A DNA stretch of 64,000 nt from Selaginella moellendorffii (taxonomy: Eukaryota; Plantae; Lycopodiophyta), in NCBI RefSeq assembly GCF_000143415.4, contig NW_003314329.1:143421-207420 (forward strand), read 5' to 3'. How positions within the stretch are numbered: the first letter of the stretch is position 1; each line of letters opens with the position of its first letter. Shown one piece after another: positions 27,075-40,543 of this stretch. Under the pieces are notes generated by a model that did not search any database, was not told the DNA's origin, and saw only the letters and a list, made by a program, of their open reading frames with translations. The translations under genes and the position numbers were made by a program.

Positions 27075-30000
27075 CCGTAAGGGTATATCCAACTTCCTTA
27101 TGCTATTAAGAAGTCTTGGGTAGCTACCTTCTACCCGTTTAACCAATTATTTTGCACCTCTTGCTTAGTTGCCTCATAGTTGTCAAGTCCTACAACTCAT
27201 TGCTTGGTGCTTTCACACCTCCATCATTATCTGGGTCACCACACTCCAACTGCATGCTCTGCAGCTTAGGCTATGCCATTCCCCTTTCCATTGGGATTCC
27301 TTTGGCAAGGGGTTCTCATGAACCCACCAACATAGCCTCAAGGTATCACACCTTGGCACATTTGGTGTCTCCACACCATCGGCTCCACGAGCCTACTTCT
27401 ATGACATTTCCCCTTCGTGTTTAGGTCTTTGCCAAGACCAACACCACTCTTTCTCATGCCAACCATCCGTTAGCACTGCACTATAGAGGTCACACACAAC
27501 TTTATGTCAAAGTTGTTTTCTTCTGGGAACACCTTTCCCATAACTTTAGCATGGCACATTTTGCCATCGATGAGATACCCTCTGTTCTCATCCTTGGATC
27601 CTATGATCCCCCCCCATCCTTTGTGGGGTACAACACACCTCAGTCCAAATGCTTCCATCAGTCCTTTTAGGACCATCCGTTGACTCTACTTGAGTCATCC
27701 AGCAGTTTTGGACTTGGTTAATCCACAGACCCGTAAGGTCCTACTTGTGAGGCACTAGCTCACTGGAATACACTTCTTGCATTCCTTTCCTACTCAAAAG
27801 GACTATTTTCACAAGTGTTACTCCGACACTTGATTTTGTTCTCTGGGGGCAACCTTTGCCCCTTAGGACTACTTGTCCATGTGATGAGAACACCAACTCA
27901 TCCACTTAATACACCCCCAACTCCTTGGGTTGTTCCAGCATTTATTAGAGGTAGCCCTGGCTACCTTTTCAAGGACTTGAGTCCTCTTCCGTATTTGACC
28001 TCCCACGGTCATTACTTCTGGTCTCACATTCATGAGCACCAACCTTAACTAAATGAGGAAAATCTTGTGACTCTTTTATTGCTTTGGAGTCTTTATCTTT
28101 CCCGTGATCCCAACTGTAGTTGTTTACCACAACTACATTGGCCAGTTTGCTAAGTCAAACGCTCATCTGGATCACATCCTCAACTCTTTGAGGAAAACCA
28201 TATATTGTTCCCAAGATCCCAAAGTCGTTCCATTATTGGCCCTTTTCTATCCACCACCTCGTCTACAAGTTCACACATGAACTGTAATGGAGAGCCATGT
28301 CTTCCCGACTTGCTACTCCTCAAGGATAGGCCCACTCCTCGGACCTTCCGATGCCAACACTAGTGGTGATATACTTGAGCACCAATAAAAGTCGGACTAA
28401 GGAACTGCTCCGATACCAAATTGTAAGCGACTAAATTTTCCATTCTACTTTAGTCACTTAACCACACCTCCGACCACTTGGAGGGGTCTCATTCACAACC
28501 TCCATCAGTCCAATTCAGGACTTGGGACTTGCTAGCCCCAAGAATGGCATCCATGCCACTCCACACTTGCACCTGGTCCAAGTGCTCCATGTGTCTGGTC
28601 CCAAGACCGACACCCAAAGATACCACTGACATCTCGGCCCGTTACGCTAAGGCCATGCCCATTCACCTTTGCTGCACTAGTGGTCCAATACCACTTGCAT
28701 CACCATCCCGTCTCTCCAAGACTGGGCCATCTGTCCACGAGTGGTCATCCTAGATCCACTCCTTAGCATCCTTGGGATGCCCACAGACCTGGGGAATCGC
28801 CTTCCCCAAAGTCCCTTTGTCAGTTCCTACCAAGTCCCTTTCTGCCCCTGGCCGTGTTTGCAAACACTGCCACTGGATCGAGGCCCACAGGCCCGACCAC
28901 TAAGTCCCACGGTCCTCTGGGACTTCCTCACCACACGACTGTATCCTTGGTCACTACCCCAGGGGACTGCTCCTCTTCCTTTCCACAGTCTGGGCCTTTG
29001 GGACAACATTTCGGAACACCGTGGCCTTACGCGAGCCACCTGGGTACTCTCCTCGCCTTCTGCCCTTGGGTGCTCTAGCCATGGGCTTAGAGCGGGTTTT
29101 GTTGAGCCACACCAGGTATCCAAGTAGGTAGTGCCACCCACACTTGGACTGGGAGCATCGGCCAGTCGATCTCCCGGGGGAACTAGAGCCGGCTCTTGAA
29201 CACTTCACCAAGCTACCCCGCTTGTCAGTCCGTGTTCACTCTAGTCTTGGACTTCCCAATGGGCAGCTCATCACCCAACACTGGGTCCGGCCTTCCTGGG
29301 CCAAACTGGCCTTTCCTGGCCAAACTGGCTCCACTGCAGTCCTCCAGCTACTATACTTTTGGAGCTCACTAAACCCCCCAGGGTCTGGGAGACGAACGCT
29401 TTGGGCTTTCACCCTCTCAGGCTCCGGACTCGGACTCGGACTCGGACTCGGACTCGGACTCGGATTCGGACTCGAACTCGGGCTCGGGCTCGGTCTCGGC
29501 CTCGGCCTCGGCCTCGGTCTCGGTCTCAGTCTCGATCTCGGTCTCGGTCTCGGTCTCAGTCCCGGTCTCGGTCTCGACTTCGGACTCCATCTCGGACTCC
29601 ATCTCGGACTCCATCTCGGGTCCATCTCGGGTCCATCTCGGACTCCATCTCGGACTCCATCTCGGGTCCATCTCGGGTCCATCTCGGACTCCATCTCGGA
29701 CTCCATCTCGGACTCCATCTCGGACTCCATGTCGGGTCCACCTCGGACTCCATCTCGGACTCCATCTCAGACTCCACTTCGGACTCCTTCTCGGGTCCAT
29801 CTCGGACTCCACTTCGGACTCCAACTCGGGTCCATCTCGGACTCCACTTCGGACTCCAACTCGAGTCCATCTCGAACTCCACTTCGGACTCCAACTCGGG
29901 TCCATCTCGGACACTCCCACGTGTCATGTGTTGGTCCTTTTGGGTCCCTTTTTGGAGCCTCACCTTTTGCTCGCTTCGTGCTCATTCCTCGAGCACTTCG

Positions 30001-30143
30001 TTGGGAGTTCCACTCTCGCTCTTGACTTTTCAAGTCGGAGCTTTTGGTCCAAACGTGTTACGCTCATTTGGCTCTCGCTCCGGCCACTACCATGTGGCGC
30101 CCTTCTGGCTCCACTTTGGGGCCTAGGGATTTTGTGTCTCACA

Positions 30144-32693
30144 CTTCTCTGGGTCCACCTTGAGCCCGTCCTGGCCCACCACATGCCCGAGAAACTTTAC
30201 CTCTTGTTGAGCAAAGTCACATTTGCTCTCTTTAGCATACAGTTTGTGTTCCCTTAGTTTCTCAAACACCTTCGCCAAGTGTTCGGCATGCTCCTCTAGC
30301 GTCTCGCTATAGATCAGGATGTCGTCGATATAGACGACCACAAAGTGATCCAGATAGGGTACAAAGATGTGGTTCATCAACGCCGAAAACGTTGCCAGCG
30401 CATTGCACAGCCCAAAGGGCATCACCAGAAACTCAAAACTCCCATACCTCGTTTGACAGGTTGTCTTCTCGACATCTTCCTCAGCTACCCTGATCTGGTA
30501 GTATCCTGACATTAGGTCAATCCTTGAGAAGTATTTTGCCTTTCCCAACCTATCGAACAGGTCCTCAATCCTTGGCAAAGGGTACTTGTTCTTCTTGGTA
30601 TACTTGTTGAGCAACCGGTAGTCTATGCACATGCGCATAGATCCATCTTTCTTTTTCACAAATAGCACCGGCGCCCCATACGGCGACTTGCTCAACCTAA
30701 CATACCCTTTGTCCACCAACTCCTTTAGTTGGCACTTGAGCTCCTTGAGTTCTTTTTTGTTCAAATGATAGGGGGGATGAACCACCGCCTCAGCACCCTC
30801 AACCAACTCAATCTTATGTTCTATCGGTCGTGCGGGGGGCAACCCCGCCGGTAGCTCCTCCGGCATGGTATCCTGGAATTAGTCCAACACCCGCTGGATC
30901 ACCAAAGGTACTTCTTCCGTTCCTTTCTTTTTGTCACTCTTCACCGAGAGTAAGCACAAAAAGGGTGCCTTAGTTCCTTTGGTGAGTTGTCCTCTCGTGG
31001 ACACCAGGTTTAAGCAGGATTCTTTGGCCTTGCTTTGCCCTACCTTTAAATCCTGGGCCTCCACCCTAGATCTTCTTCCTTGGGCATTCGCCAGTACCAC
31101 AAGGTTTCTACCTTGTCCATGCAGGGCTACCACGAACCGATTAAACCAATCCATTCCGAAGATCAGGTCAAATCCCACTATGTCTAACACGGTGAAATCC
31201 ATGTCTACTTTCCATGTCCCTACTTCGACTCTCGCTTGTCGAAGTACCTCATCGGTGCTTTGGCTACCTTGAACAAACTCTATAGTCCTTGGTTCGCCTA
31301 GCCACTGCACCATTAGTCCGGCTTGCCGGACTATGTCTGCAGCCACAAAATTATCCGAAGCACCCGTGTTAATAAGGATCTTAACAAAGCTACCTCCGAG
31401 ATTCCCTCGGAGGGCTAGTAGATGTCGCGAACAACTCTCTACCAAAGTTGCTCATGTAATGAGTAACTTTGAGTTAGGGACTGGATCACATACCTCAGTT
31501 TGGACTTCACCCGACTTGATGGCCATATTGGCTCTGGCCTTCTTCGGGTAGGGACATTCCCTCGAAAAGTGTCCCGCTTCACCGCAGTTGTAGCATACGT
31601 TGTTTCCCACGCTGCTATACGACCTGACCTTCTTATCCGTGGGCTTGTCTTTTTTCACTTGACTCCCCTACGTACTCACTCGCTGGCCACCAGATTTGCC
31701 TTTTCGAAACCCCGAGGACTCATTCTTAGAGAAACTCTTCTTGAATTTCCCCCTGCTATACGTTCCCCTTGTTGTGGCCCCTTTGCTAAATGTGGATCCC
31801 GACCCCGTCATGTTCCCCTTTTGCAGGTTATCATTGAAATGCACCTTGATGGCCGCATCCAACGCTTCCTTGTAGTTGGTCGGGTTCCAGCGCATCACCT
31901 CACCGCGAGCCCAGGTTTGCAAACCTGATATAAAGGCATGGAATGCATCCATATCCCCCATGTCCGTGACAAGTATCCTCTTTGCCATGAACCCGTTCAC
32001 ATATTCCTGGATGGTTCCAGTCTGCTTCAGCCTACTCAGCTCATCACTCAGATGCAGAGTGGCATTCGGAGGAACGTATGTTGTGCAGATCCTCGCCTTC
32101 ATCATGTCCCAGGTGGCCACCGGTACTTCGTTGGCCTCTGTTGTTCTCCACCAAGACTTGGCATTATCTGCCAAGTATGGTTTTGCACATGGGACCTTCT
32201 CCGAGCTCGGTAACCGCAACGCTTGGAAGTAGTCCTCCATATCGTAAAACCAATCCTCCACAACCTTATAGTCGTTCACTCCCTTGAACACCGGTGGGGG
32301 CTTTGGTTTGTACTTGGGAACTGCCTGAGGGACTGATTCTACTTCGGTCTGTTCGACCTTGTCTGGTTTTGCCTCAGTCCCTGCCGAAGGGTCTGCACCT
32401 TCTGCACTGCCAGCATCCGCAGTCTTTCGCTTTTTCTTCCGCTTCTCGTCACGCTTTAACTTGCGTACGAGAGTCTCCAGCAGGGCATTGGTCTGTGCCA
32501 ACTGTCCTTCTAGCACGTCCAATCGAGCCTTGGACGACCGAACCTTGCCACCGGACTCCTATTTGGAAATTTCCTCACTGGAGTCCTCCTCATGCAAGGA
32601 TTCCTCATCCATAGCCTCTTGTTCGACCGGAGGCTCCAGCTCTGGCGGAGGTTCTGTCTCCACTTGGGTTCGCTTACGCCCTGCCCTTGCCAT
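30144..32693 (-). pseudogene. Chromovirus gag-protease-RT; single reading frame with nonsense codons
   Basis: Gag with CYNCGEAGHFSREC, protease ILINTGAS, RT RMCIDYR...VMPFGLCNA...YIDDILI. The ORF pieces are all in one frame, separated by TAG/TGA/TAA. Confidence 0.93.
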
Positions 32694-33898
32694 CTCCCAG
32701 CAATCCGCCTCTATCCTTCGCTAAAACTGGGGAAAAGGCTCCGATACCAAATTGTAAGCCACAAATTTTTCCCTTCCAATTTGCTAGCTTACCTCGTCTG
32801 TCCGTCCGACACTGCCTTGGCTTTTGCTAAGTTCCCTCGCCAAGGTTCTCGCCTATGGTACCAACTCCTACTTGGTCCTACTTGCTTTCAGCTACTCACT
32901 GCACGAGCAACGGAGCGTTAGCCATCCATCCACGGATTCCCAATCTCTCCCAATCCCCCTCCCTGGGTTAGACTGGATTTAAGGTTCAGCTACACTCCCC
33001 GCAAGCACAAGTAGCCAAGCACACCAAGCTTCCAGGTTCCTAACATCCCTTGGTACCACAAGACTTGATCATGGGACCCTCTAAATCCCAAGTCTTGGGT
33101 GCAACACTTGCTTCGGGACGCCGGGGCGAAACACCGTGGCCTAGCGGCCCGGTATGGGTACCTCTACCCCCCCACTTCCATCCCGAAGGAAGGCCCAAGC
33201 CCCTAGGAAGGGCAAGGACCAATGAGCCGCATGGTACTCATGTGGGGCACCACTCCACATGAGCCGGGAGCACCGCAATCGGTTTCCCTTTCGGGAGTGG
33301 GAGCTGCTCTTGAGCATTTCCATGGATGGCCCCTCTGGCACCAACCAAGTCCATGCTCACTCCCACCCAAGGCCCCTCGGTCCCAGTCCCAACCTCAAGT
33401 CAATTTGGGAGCCCCACTGAAAAGTCCCTTCTAAACTGGTTCCTGGACCTCACTATCCCTACTATACTTTTGGAACCCCCTGCAGCCCCCCCCCCCCTGG
33501 GAGACGCACGCTTTGGGCTTTCACCCCTTGACCCGTATTAGTATTTGGACTTAGTCTCTGGCTTGATTTCGGATCCGACTTCGGATTCGGTCGCGGACTC
33601 GATCTCGGACTCGAACTCGGACCCGATCTCGGACCCGACCTCGGACTCGACCTTGGACTCGGTCTCGGACCCGATTTCGGATCTCGGACTCTGTCTCAAA
33701 CTCGGTCTCGAACTCGGACTCAAACTCGGTCCCTAAGTCGGTCTCGGACTCGATTCCGGACTCTATCTCGAACTCGGTCCTAGAGTCGGTCGTGGATTCG
33801 ATCTTCGACTTGGTCCCATCCGATGAACTCCTTGTCATTTTGGTCATGCTTTTGGGGTTCCTTTAGCCTACAACACCTCGGCAAGTTGGTTCCTTACA

Positions 33899-34500
33899 GC
33901 TTGGGGTGAAAGTCCAAAGCGTGTGTTCCTCAAGGGGGGGGGGGACTATGGGGGGTTCCAAATGTATAGTAGGGATAGTGGGTAGGTCAGGCATGGCCGA
34001 CCAACCTGAGGCATAGTCTAGCTTCCGCTTGCGTGCCTGTCCTTGTTCTACGTCCGGCTTGAGTCTAAGCCCAAGTTTCATTCCATGCTAGTTGGTGGAG
34101 TACCCATGTCCTCGCATTAGGCCACCGGTATGCCGAAATAGTGCCAAACTCCGTTTGGCTCCGTTTTGCGTGCTAGTCCTAGCATTGGGATGTTGGTTAC
34201 TCAGGATTGTTCCAAGTCACTCCGGGCTCCTGTCCCTTCGCTCCTTGGGTTATATGATTGGGAGTTGCTCCGTGGTTCGGTTCCACCATTCTTTGGCTTC
34301 ATGCTTGGGAGTTTGGCACTATTCCTTTGTTCAGTGGCCCAAGGCCCTGAACCTCGGGTTCCTATGGACACGTGTCATAGACACATGGCATTTGTCACGT
34401 GGCATAAAGAGGGTTTAGGTTCCACTTCGTGGTGTTATCCTATGGTAAATCACCATAGGATAAAGGGTAAAAACCACATGCGCTACATTTGGTATCAGAG
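33899..34500 (+). mobile_element. 5' LTR (right part) and PBS of an older LTR element that hosts the chromovirus and the DNA transposon
   Basis: LTR end GCTACA at 34487, followed by PBS TGGTATCAGAG at 34490-34500. Shares the GGGTGAAAG..CCAAAG core with the other LTRs. Degenerate interior at 34501-35478 and 61650-63516. Confidence 0.65.
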
Positions 34501-36167
34501 GATGAGTCTTGGCAAGTACTATCCAATGAGATTGGGCAACTAATCTTGTTGCATATGCAGAGATGAAAACGATGATCCGAGTGGGTACACGTTTGGGTGC
34601 AAAGACTTCGCATTGGTTCCTTAGGTATGGATTTGGTTACCTTGTTGTACGTTATGATGTGAACTTGCTCTTGGGCTCATAGGATGGATTTGAGATGCCC
34701 CATTTGCATGAGTTTGCGCTTGGGCTCGTGTGTAAGGCACATTAGCAACTCAAGGTTACATTTTGAGTTGGCAGGATTAATGTTAGCCTATCGGTGGTTC
34801 CATGAGTTGTTCCAGTGGTTCCATGAGTTGTTCTATGTACCATGGGTGAAAGTAAACCTTCCCTGGGTTTGCTATGAGTGGCAATAGGCTGGTCTGTAGT
34901 TATTTAGCACGGCACTAGTGGATCTTTCTTGGGCATGATTACAAGTGGATCAATCAAGACTATAGTGATTAGTCTATTCGTTCAAGTAGTCATTGCTGTG
35001 CTCTCTCATAAACTTTTCTTGGATTGGACTGAAGGCAGTGTGAAAGCAAGCTTGAGGTTTAGTCAAAGATGAGACTGAAAAGAGAGTCGTTAGGGACGAA
35101 GAATCAAACACGTAAATCATTTTCTCTTCTTGGAGAGATGATTTGCAACGAGGTGTTAACTCATTGCTCATATTCATATTATGCAATCAAGAGTCCCTAC
35201 CTTGATGCATCTTGGAGATGATGGTCTTACAAATGGTGAGTTGTGGGATGGATGGCGGTGAAGTGCTATACCATTTTGTCTAGGCTTGCTATTGGAAGAA
35301 TTGAGTTGCAATGCTCAATTCTTTTCAAGGGAACTTTGCTATTGCTCCTTGAATAGCTTGGTGTTGGATTAGTGTTGAGTTTGGTCAGATAGAGAGTGGC
35401 ATGAGCTTGTCCGTGTTGTGAACCAGAGTTGGTGGTATTAGGTGTTATAAAGCTCTATTAATGGAGTTTGGCATATGTAAGCTCTATTTCGTTAAAGTGG
35501 GATTTCTTCAGTAAAATGGGACTAGGTACAAATTTTCAAGTATTTGAAAATGACGTGAAATTATATGTTTTTTGTCCAGGGGCTAGACATATCTGGGGCA
35601 TGGTGACTAGCGTGGTGACTTTGTGTCCAGACTGAGTCCATCTGGTTGTATAATAAATCTCATTGTCAAGGTGAACAAGCCGAATCTGAAGCTAAAGAAA
35701 AGCGATGGCATGCGCGCACACACTATTTGTTTGTTCATTGAGCGTGTGGTGAGCTTTCCAAGATGAACGTCATTCCTATTAGCCAGACATATAACTTAAT
35801 GATGAGAACATTTAGATATTATTCAATGTTATCTTTTTCTAACGAATCTAATTGTGAAGGTGTAGCAAGAGGCATTGCTAGTCTAGAGAAGTCATTTAAC
35901 TCATTTGACCCTTAGTGTATTTTCATGAAACTAAATAACATTCATATTATTAAGGAATTTCTCTAGTACCTTTTTTTTACGACATAGAGGCTTGCATTTC
36001 TTTCAAAGGTGATTTAGTAAAAGGCCTGAGGGCACATGCCATTCTATTTCTCAGACCGGTATTAAGATATACTAGTGCAAAGGGCCACATGCCATCACGC
36101 CTCCTCTGATTCAGATTTAGATTGTTCACCTTGAAATAAAATACATTAGAAACTTAGTAAAGGAATA

Positions 36168-39100
36168 TTAATGAATCTCACCTTGAACCCGGGTTATGAA
36201 TGCTCTTGCTGCATCTCTTGCATGGTCTGGCAAGGTGATGGTGGCACTCTGCTTCCGCATCCAACCATGCACAACATTATCCACCGATATGCTTATGCTG
36301 GGATCCCTTGGATTCAGCACCCATCTCTTTTCTAGGCAATCCTTCGTATATCCGGAACTTGGCTTGAACCACTCCATAGTTACATTGAAGGAGTTAGTTT
36401 CCGCGTCCTCCTCTGCATCAGTGATGCAGCGCCCCACCCATATCATTTGTTTTTTATTACTGGGTCTGACAAGCATGACCATTCCTTTGCAGACCTGTAT
36501 TGGATTGAATGCTGATCTGGCTTCTTGTTCCTCGGCCCACAATAGTGATCCTCAACATCGTTATCTGTCACTGCATTTCCAGAGGACATTGTTCCGCTAC
36601 TATCTGGTGCTCTGGGTTCTGGCCAAAAGGACTCTTCCAATTCTTCATATACAACCGGCCCATTTTGGATAGCAGATATAATCTTCTCCTAGTATTCGAG
36701 CAAAGGCTTGCACCTCTTAAAATAGGATTCTCCACCAAACACCAACCCCCTCTTCCAGAAGGCAATATGCTGTCTAATCCCGGCCACTATACTTTCCTGG
36801 TCTTTGAGTCCATCCGGGTGCATCGGCCGTGGGGAACCCTGAGGAATCATAGGTTCCCCAGTTATGGGATCTCTCTTGAAGAATTCAATGCCATCCACTG
36901 GCAGCCACACTGTGTCCCATTCTCTCATCTTGTACCTCATCACTGGAGCACCGTCACGCATGCTGAAATGAAACTGAAGAGGCTTGGAGTGGCCAATCAG
37001 CATTTCGGATCCGTCCCTGATGTAGCCTCTTACAAACCCCTTAAAGTCTGGAACCTCTGTCACAAGTGCAGCTTCAACAGTGCCTTTGATGCAATTTTGG
37101 AATTCATCGTAGAGTTGTGGGAGGGTGAGGACATTGGATCGCCGGAGGGACTCTGCCAGGTGACTGAACATGGCATCAACGTCTTCATGAGTGTGCCCAA
37201 CCATGAGAAAGCCAAGTGTAACCGTTTCAAATATGCCTTTGGCAACAAGCATCGCCAAGTACGCGAAGACGTACATGTTTTTGTTCTCACTGCCAGCATT
37301 GTCTGTTTGGAGCAGAAGATGGGGTGGAAGGCCACATCGGCCGCAAGAACTTCCTTGAGATTCTACTTCGTTTGGATGAGGCTGTGCATTCACCGGGCGA
37401 CCAGCCTCGTCGGAATGGCATGAGGCCTCACGTGATAACCCTACAATCTGACGGCCAACATATTCACTGGGATGGCATGGGGCCCCACGCGATACTGCAA
37501 GCCTTTGCTCCTCCTCCAGCTGAACCCTGTATGGGGTTCGATCGACAAGGGCCTTATGCAAGGGTTGGCCGTTCAGCTCAGTCTGCGCACTTTGCAGAGA
37601 CCTTAAGTGTTTTGCTAGGGACGCAATCATCATGTTTGCACCCCCGCCACCCCATAGAGGTACAAAGAAGTTCCCATAGTTCTGGGCACCATGCCCATGA
37701 GCGATTATGCCAAACAGAGACACAGGCAGCTGCATGGATGAAGAGATTGCCTTGGGGGCAGGATTGAGTCGAGGTAAGCACGTCTTTTTCTGGTCCATTT
37801 TGTCGTGGATGCAGAGGTAAGAGTCAGGTCTCTCCATAGAGAGAATCCTGTTATGATAATATGCAGTCCTGCAGCTTCTCTACTCGATGTTGTGGTCGAG
37901 CCGCCTTCTAACCAACGTCTCTCGCTCTTGAGCGCTGCAAGAATTCTTCGACAAAGCCATTTTGATAGCAGTGCACTCGTCACACTTTGAAAAGCTGGAG
38001 TACTTTCCTATACTCACATCCCTGAACCTGTTGCTCCACAATCTACTAAATCTAGATTGGCTCAGCTTCCTGTAGCCATTACTCTGGAGTTCCCGATTCA
38101 CATCTTCCAATATGGCCCCCTTGGTATACATGGAAGGGAGAACTCGTTGGGTGTCTCGTGTTCCATCTTCCAAGAGGCGGGTTTTATGTGGTTGCTGCTC
38201 GCTACATGTCTCGACAAACCTCTTGAAGATTGCCTCTCCATATACAACATGACCCCTAGTTTTGTGCGTACCGTCGTTCCCATGGACTGCCTGTTGAACC
38301 CTTTGTTCCTCGAACTCAGTTTTGATTCTGTAGAATGTGCTTCGAGGGACTCCATAAATGATTCTCCATGCCTTCATGCAGACCAAACCCCTCTGGAAGA
38401 CCATGCCCCCCACCTGATGTTCTGAAGCATCAATAGATGACCGTAATGCCTCATACACAAAATTGCAAGCTGCCTTCCAGGACAATGTCTTGTATCTTGC
38501 TCTCTCCTCTTCAATAGCATCCCAATCAGCATGTTGACAGCACCTCCTCTTGCAACAAGCAACTGTCGAGACCATTCGAACCTCCATCGCCATTTTCTGC
38601 CTTTTCGGTTCGTTGCTCAGATCCCTTTGGCTGCGCTGTAGGAAGGTGTACTTTCTTTTCCCATGAAGAGATGTTCTGTCATCAGTTGTAGTGGTGTTTG
38701 ATTGTGAATCCTTCACATTCTCAAACACTAAATGCCTCAATTTCCACCGCACAATGCTTCCAATAGTCAGACTGTTTTCTTCTGTGTCAACAACCTCTAA
38801 AATCGCAACTCCAATATCATCCCAGCCCAATTCTTGATTAGCAACCGCATCTCTTGGATCGACAACTGTGGCTAAGCCCTCAGCTACCACCTCCCCCTCG
38901 GGGTTGTTTAGAAACACCTTTGCCTGAATCCATGTAGCACGGTTCTTAAGATCCACGGAGGGAACATGCGTCGCACTTGCGCTGTCCCCAACATCTGCTT
39001 TCTTCTGCAGATTTTTCAAGGCAACAACAACATTTACCCCGACGACCATCTCTCCTCGTTCAATAGTAACCACATTCCCATCGAAGACAGTCTCTACTGA

Positions 39101-39232
39101 TACAGCAGCATTGCCTTCCCCAAGCCTTTGACAGTGTATAACAAAGTTCCGATCCATAGACACAAGGGTCCCTTTTGCAACTCTCTTCCCACCATTCAAA
39201 ATGTAAACCTTTTCCCCAACCCTGAAGGCCAT
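36168..39232 (-). pseudogene. DDD transposase, Sola-like; two in-frame stops (37880, 36689) and a frameshift near 36520
   Basis: FSKCDEC...H, IHDKMDQKK, LQTDNAGSENKN, FLMVGHTHEDVDAMFS. Superfamily assignment rests on motif recall plus the 4-bp TSD. Confidence 0.8.
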
Positions 39233-39305
39233 TCTGAAAGTGCAAAAAAGAAGTTAAGACCATACAAAAAATGATTGGAGAATGGCCTAAATCATAACAT
39301 ACCAA

Positions 39306-39495
39306 ATAGCATGAGGCCACATGCCATTATTCAAACATGCTATTGACACCCACGTGAAATTTCGCATTCACAAAATTGGCATGAGGCCTCATGCCATCTT
39401 GATATACACACAGCTGCAGGCAAGTAAAAACATACATGACAATACGCTAGCCATGAAATTGCAAGGGCCCAAGATGGCATGTGGCCTCATGCCAT
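39306..39495. promoter_or_regulatory. Cluster of three 22-bp palindromes ATGGCRTG-N6-CAYGCCAT upstream of the transposase ATG
   Basis: Copies at 39306, 39376 and 39474. Representative of >20 copies confined to this transposon. Confidence 0.8.
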
Positions 39496-40518
39496 TTCTA
39501 AATGTGGTCCTAAACCATTCCATGGTGAACATACCAGGAAGCACAAGTGCCGAATATCAAGAGGAAGCGGTAGCCACACCAAAGACAGTGCCGCTCGCAA
39601 CACCGCAACTACTCGTAGCGCCGCTCGCAACACCGCAACTGCTCGTAGCGCCGCTCACACAAACTGCCACTCGCATAAACTGCCGCTTGCAATGGCGCTC
39701 GCAATGCCGCAACCGCTTGTAAACGCATAAACCACAGCTCACAATGCCGCTTACACAAGCAGCGCTCACTGCGCTCAGCGGAACCAAGAACACGGCACAC
39801 AAAAATGATAGACCTAGGAATGAGTTCGAGAATTCAAAAATAACACACGCTTGAACGTCACATCAAATCCTCTGACAAACCAGATCTTATGATTCCTTTG
39901 ACAAATTTCAAACTGAGTAGCTTCTAGACTTTGCTGTCGGAGGTTGAACTTTGTCACATCATGTCCTTGCCTCGATCCAGCTGTGCCATGTCAGTGATTC
40001 GAACTTTGCCATGCCATGTCAGCGATCCGTGCCAAGATTATTCGCCGTGTAAAGGAATAATTATGCTGTGTGTGTACGTCCATTTATGGCAATATAAGGC
40101 CACACGCCATTCAAATAATAATGCTAGTCGAGCATTTTTTGGTGCATTTTTGGGTTCAAAATTGCATGAGCCCACATGCTATAAAGTTTACCTGTACCAA
40201 AAATAGAAACAGCTTTATTTACTTGGGAATTTAAATGGTTGAGGCATTTTTAAACTTACAAACACATGCCCTACTTACATTCATTTGGTTGCTTAAAATT
40301 CAAAAATATTATAAACCTTTCTTTTTGCATTTTCAATGTTTTCAATTATGGTTTTTGATTTTCGCAGGACCAGCCTAGTAATCTATTTGCATCCCGTCAT
40401 GTTTATAGCTAGCTTTCGTTTGTCCCCTTCGCTAGCCTGAGATACATCTGCTCAGCATCTGCCTCTTACAGCATTTGCCCAGAAAGGGCATCTTTCTTCA
40501 CGCAGCATTTGCCACATG

Positions 40519-40543
40519 TTTAGGGTTAGGGTTTAGGGTTTAG
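40519..40543 (+). repeat. Interstitial telomeric/telo-box repeat (TTTAGGG)n in the divergent-promoter region
   Basis: tttagggttagggtttagggtttag. Confidence 0.8.

Larger units (their letters stand above)
16149..30143 (-). mobile_element. LARD (non-autonomous LTR element), copy 1
   Basis: LTRs 16149-17846 and 28422-30143 (TGTAAGCG...TCTCACA). PBS TGGTATCGGAGC; PPT GGGTGGTGGAGT shared with the chromovirus. No recognisable gag/pol ORF. Confidence 0.9.
11789..33898 (-). mobile_element. Chromovirus (Ty3/Gypsy) LTR retrotransposon, decayed, with nested insertions
   Basis: LTRs 11789-12935 and 32753-33898 (TGTAAG...CTTACA). TSD GCTTG at 11784-11788 and 33899-33903. PBS TGGTATCGGAGC (tRNA-iMet-like) at 32738-32749. 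PPT next to 12936. Confidence 0.95.

Noticed and set aside
35476-35484. TGTAAGCTC at the transposon left junction equals the Cassandra LTR terminus
   Set aside because: It is formed by the TSD (ATGT) plus the TIR start. The other ends do not read ...ACA, so it is treated as coincidence.
36509-37423. 304-aa plus-strand ORF
   Set aside because: Antisense shadow of the transposase with no recognisable motifs.
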